Positions 60,859-64,000 of a stretch of 64,000 nucleotides of DNA are shown here, one piece after another. The notes beneath the pieces were generated by a model. The model saw nothing but the letters and a program-made list of their open reading frames with translations. It was not told where the DNA came from and ran no database searches. Origin of the DNA: Clostridium sp. (lineage in GTDB: Bacteria; Bacillota; Clostridia; Clostridiales; Clostridiaceae); the NCBI RefSeq assembly GCF_021372645.1, contig NZ_JAJFUC010000089.1:2714-66713 (forward strand), read 5' to 3'. Positions within the stretch are counted from its first letter, which is position 1; each line of letters starts with the position of its first letter. The position numbers and the translations under genes are program-made.

Positions 60859-60897
60859 CCTTCCATAATATAATACATAGACTATTATTATGGAAGG
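60859..60897 (-). terminator. Terminator after the bifunctional autolysin
   Basis: CCTTCCATAATA / TATTATGGAAGG inverted repeat flanked by A/T tracts. Confidence 0.8.
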
Positions 60898-60928
60898 CCT
60901 TTTTATTCTATATTTTTGCTTTAGTTAA

Positions 60929-62998
60929 TTATATTGCTCCTGCAATTGCATCTGCAACTGCAGATGCTTCTATATCTTGATAATATGAATCTGCACACTT
61001 TTGAGCTTCACCTGGATTTGTTATAAATCCAAATTCAATTAATACTGATGGCATAGTCGTATTTCTAAGAACAAATAAGTTACCATCTTTTGCTCCTCTA
61101 TTTATTGCCCCAGTACTATTTGTAATAGATGATACAATGGATGATGCGAGATTCATACTTTTTGAAAGTCGGCTATCACTATATGCTCCACCAAAGCTAT
61201 CATCTTGTGCCCTTGAGCTATAATAAACTTCTACACCAGTTGCTGCTTCTGATGCTGAATTATGATGTAAACTTACGAATAAATCAGCACCAGCATTATT
61301 GGCAATATTTACTCTGTTGGTAAGACTTTCAGTTACATCTGCAGTTTCTCTATCAGATGCATTCCTAGTCATAATTACTTTATACCCTTGCGCTTCAAGT
61401 TTTGCCTTTAACTTAACTGCAATTTGCATGTTTAAGTCTCTTTCTACATATGTAATACCATTACTAGTTGCATAAGCACCATCATCTCCACCAAAGTTAT
61501 GACCTGGATCTATGACTATTACTTTACCAGAGGTGCTAGTTACAGTTTTATCTCCTCGTTTTCCATCAGGACCTATTTTCCAGCCATTTACAACTGTACC
61601 CTTAGCCATAATGCCTGAGCCCGGCTTAAAATAATAAGTATTGCCTCCATCTGTTATCCACCCTGTTGCCATACTACCACTGCTATTTAAGTAATAAGTA
61701 TTCCCTTCAAGATTAAGAAAACCTGTTGCCATCACTCCATTGGAATGTAAATAATACCAACTTCCATTTGGTTTAATCCAACCTGTTAGCATATTTCCAC
61801 CGGTATTAAAATAATACCACTGTCCACTAATTTGAAACCAACCTATTCTCATAGCTCCACTTATATCTAAGAAATATTTACTACCATCAATTAGCTTAAA
61901 TCCAGTTACCATGCTTCCATCGCCTTGAATGTAATACCACTTGCTACTATCTTTTAACCAACCAAGTTGCATTGCTCCACTTGATTTAAGATAATACCAC
62001 TTACCAGCATCTTTTAACCAACCCTTTGCCATAACGCCATCACTATATAAGTAATACCAATCACTGTCTGGTTTAATCCATCCTGTTGCTTTACTACCAT
62101 TTGATTTATAATAATACCATTGTCCACCCTCTAATTTCCATCCAATTGATGATGAAATATTCGTACTATTATCTGTTGTTGTTTTTATTGGCTCAGTTAC
62201 TTGTACTCCTGTTGGAGCTGTTGTGTTTGTTTGGTTCTTATCTGTTACTGACGTTGAACCTGTAGTTGTTGTGTTTGTACTTGAATTTGACCCCGTATTT
62301 GTTGTTGTGTTTGTGTTTGTGCTTGAATTTGTTGCTTCAGAAGTTTTACCAGTATTATCAGATACTTTAGAAGCATCAGTTTCAGTTTTTGGCTCAGACA
62401 CAATTCCTGCTGATATTAACAAATCATTATATGATTTATTAATTTCTTCACCATAGGTAAGACTTGGAGCCCACTTTCCACCTAAGTCATTTACTGTTAC
62501 TGCGTTACCTTTAATGGTAACAAAATGTCTTGGATCATATGTATTGCTCCTTGGATACCCAGTAGCACCTGCATAAAGTGCTAAATGATCTAGATGAGCT
62601 TGTACACCTTCATCCCATGTATTAAATCTTTGGTGAGCCTTTGGATCAGTATCAGCTCCACCTACAACTGTCTTCATTCCACATGGATTTTTATAGCTTT
62701 CATCTAAAACTCCACCAAAATTACCATACCCTGTTTCTTTAGCAGCTTGTATATATGCAATAGCTGGATTAACATTTCCATGTTCCGGTGCATATTTCCA
62801 ATACAATTCAGCTAATCCAATGAAAGTATCAGTTGCACCTTTAGATTTAGCCCATTGTTCAGCCTGTTTTGCTGTCACTTTTGTTTCTGATATTATTTTG
62901 ATATCAGTAATAGCTGCTTGTACATTAGTTGTTGGTATTAATACTAAAACTATTGCAAAAGCAAATAAAAATGTAGTCAATCTCTTAATAGCCTTCAA
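60929..62998 (-). CDS. Bifunctional autolysin: glucosaminidase-like domain + T/S/N linker + 9 choline-binding repeats + Amidase_3
   Basis: QAAKETGYG...NPCGMK; nine 20-aa repeats; DPGH, ERDLN, SLHHNS, LIEFGF Zn-amidase motifs; TTG start with GGAGG. Confidence 0.9.
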   Translation of the reverse strand: MKAIKRLTTFLFAFAIVLVLIPTTNVQAAITDIKIISETKVTAKQAEQWAKSKGATDTFIGLAELYWKYAPEHGNVNPAIAYIQAAKETGYGNFGGVLDESYKNPCGMKTVVGGADTDPKAHQRFNTWDEGVQAHLDHLALYAGATGYPRSNTYDPRHFVTIKGNAVTVNDLGGKWAPSLTYGEEINKSYNDLLISAGIVSEPKTETDASKVSDNTGKTSEATNSSTNTNTTTNTGSNSSTNTTTTGSTSVTDKNQTNTTAPTGVQVTEPIKTTTDNSTNISSSIGWKLEGGQWYYYKSNGSKATGWIKPDSDWYYLYSDGVMAKGWLKDAGKWYYLKSSGAMQLGWLKDSSKWYYIQGDGSMVTGFKLIDGSKYFLDISGAMRIGWFQISGQWYYFNTGGNMLTGWIKPNGSWYYLHSNGVMATGFLNLEGNTYYLNSSGSMATGWITDGGNTYYFKPGSGIMAKGTVVNGWKIGPDGKRGDKTVTSTSGKVIVIDPGHNFGGDDGAYATSNGITYVERDLNMQIAVKLKAKLEAQGYKVIMTRNASDRETADVTESLTNRVNIANNAGADLFVSLHHNSASEAATGVEVYYSSRAQDDSFGGAYSDSRLSKSMNLASSIVSSITNSTGAINRGAKDGNLFVLRNTTMPSVLIEFGFITNPGEAQKCADSYYQDIEASAVADAIAGAI

Positions 62999-63163
62999 AA
63001 CAGCTTTCCTCCGTTCTTTTTAGTTTTATCCCTAAAATAAAATATTTACCCTAGTATATAATACAACTACATTCTCTATTTTAGGTACCTTGTATAGCAA
63101 ATAATGACTTATTTTTTATAAGAAAATATTTCCACCATGCTATTTTGTAATAATTTCTACACC

Positions 63164-63210
63164 AAAAAAAGGTACTCCATTGTGCAGTGTTGCATCAGAG
63201 TACCCCTTCT
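63164..63210 (-). terminator. Probable terminator after the last amidase gene
   Basis: GGTACTC / GAGTACC with an inner TGCA/TGCA stem, followed by a T-tract on the minus strand. Confidence 0.65.
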
Positions 63211-63258
63211 TTCAGTAGAATATCACATAAGTATAACTTTCACCTTTGGTATCTATAT

Positions 63259-64000
63259 TTAAATGTTCGCTGAAATAACTTCTGCTATAGCTTCTGCTAC
63301 CTTTTGTTGACTAGCTGAATCTGAACATCTTATTGCTTCTTCTTTATTTGTTATAAACCCAGTTTCAACTAATACTGCTGGCATATTTGCATTTCTACAT
63401 ACAAATAAATTTTGACTTTGACCACCTCTATTATATAAATTAAGTTTATTTGCAATATTATTATTTATAAGAGTAGCCATTTCCTTACTTTTTTCAATTC
63501 TACTATTATCTAATTTACCACCAAAAGTATCATCTTGAGCCTGTGTACTATAAAGAGTTAATACACCTGTAGCTGTCTCACTTGCTGAATTATGATGTAT
63601 ACTTATAAAGAAATCTGCATTTGCATCATTAGCAACTTTAACTTTATGAGTAAGACTTGCTATTAATGAACCATATGATGGTTCTTCACCAGCATCTCTT
63701 GTCATTACTACATTATATCCCCTCTTTTCAAGCTCTGTTTTTAATTTCGCTGCAACTTGAATATTTAAAACTGATTCACTATACGTTACTCCATCAATAG
63801 TACTTTCCGCACCATAATCACTACCATAGTCATGACCTGCATCTACTGCAATTGTCTTTTGGCTATTTGAAGGATTATTATTTGTTGAATTATTAGTTCC
63901 CGAATTATATACATCTTCATCACTTTGGATATATGAAGATTGTTTCTTACCATCTGAACCAATCTTGCATCCATCTATTGTAGTGTTAGTAATGATTCTT
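63259..64000 (-). CDS. N-acetylmuramoyl-L-alanine amidase (Amidase_3), 5'-partial, runs off the window
   Basis: Open frame from 63999 (RIITNTTIDGCKIGSDG...) through DAGH, SESVLN, SIHHNS, LVETGF. The supplied ORF starts at an internal ATG. Confidence 0.9.
   Translation of the reverse strand, partial: RIITNTTIDGCKIGSDGKKQSSYIQSDEDVYNSGTNNSTNNNPSNSQKTIAVDAGHDYGSDYGAESTIDGVTYSESVLNIQVAAKLKTELEKRGYNVVMTRDAGEEPSYGSLIASLTHKVKVANDANADFFISIHHNSASETATGVLTLYSTQAQDDTFGGKLDNSRIEKSKEMATLINNNIANKLNLYNRGGQSQNLFVCRNANMPAVLVETGFITNKEEAIRCSDSASQQKVAEAIAEVISANI

Overview
A very AT-rich, low-GC Firmicute chromosome segment. Gene order and the choline-binding surface proteins point to a Clostridium sensu stricto of the C. 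beijerinckii/saccharobutylicum type (inference). Most genes are on the minus strand. Bases 1-33.7 kb are conserved core: comEA, a D,D-carboxypeptidase, rluA-type synthase, LCP protein, yqeK, nadD, yhbY, obgE, rplU-prp-rpmA with an L21 leader, RNase E/G, the TIGR03960/TIGR03936 radical SAM pair, spoIVFB, rodA, minCDE, PBP2, mreBCD, radC, maf, pepD, pyk and an S1 protein. Bases 34-50 kb are mixed: a three-gene PspA operon, a membrane MutS-like ATPase with a DEDDh exonuclease, an orphan Zn-binding lipoprotein, YhaO/YhaN, a SASP, a degenerate Rpn-like protein, a HAD hydrolase and a diguanylate cyclase. Bases 50.6-64 kb are a phosphorylcholine (lic) cell-wall locus with licB, tacF-like flippase, licC and choline-binding surface proteins and autolysins; no licD is in the window. 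Best candidate for an undescribed system: a winged-HTH / apparently inactive cytidylyltransferase / intact choline kinase fusion (55332-57182). A shared 17-bp palindrome, TGTTC-N6-TGAACT, lies just downstream of the -10 box of its own consensus promoter and of a TATAAT upstream of licB, suggesting a choline-sensing autoregulatory trigger enzyme. Several non-coding repeat or MITE-like elements with C(GNA)G triloop hairpins are also present. No tRNA, rRNA, CRISPR array or intact transposase was seen. No database search was run: family assignments rest on motif recognition and recalled family knowledge, and novelty is unverified.
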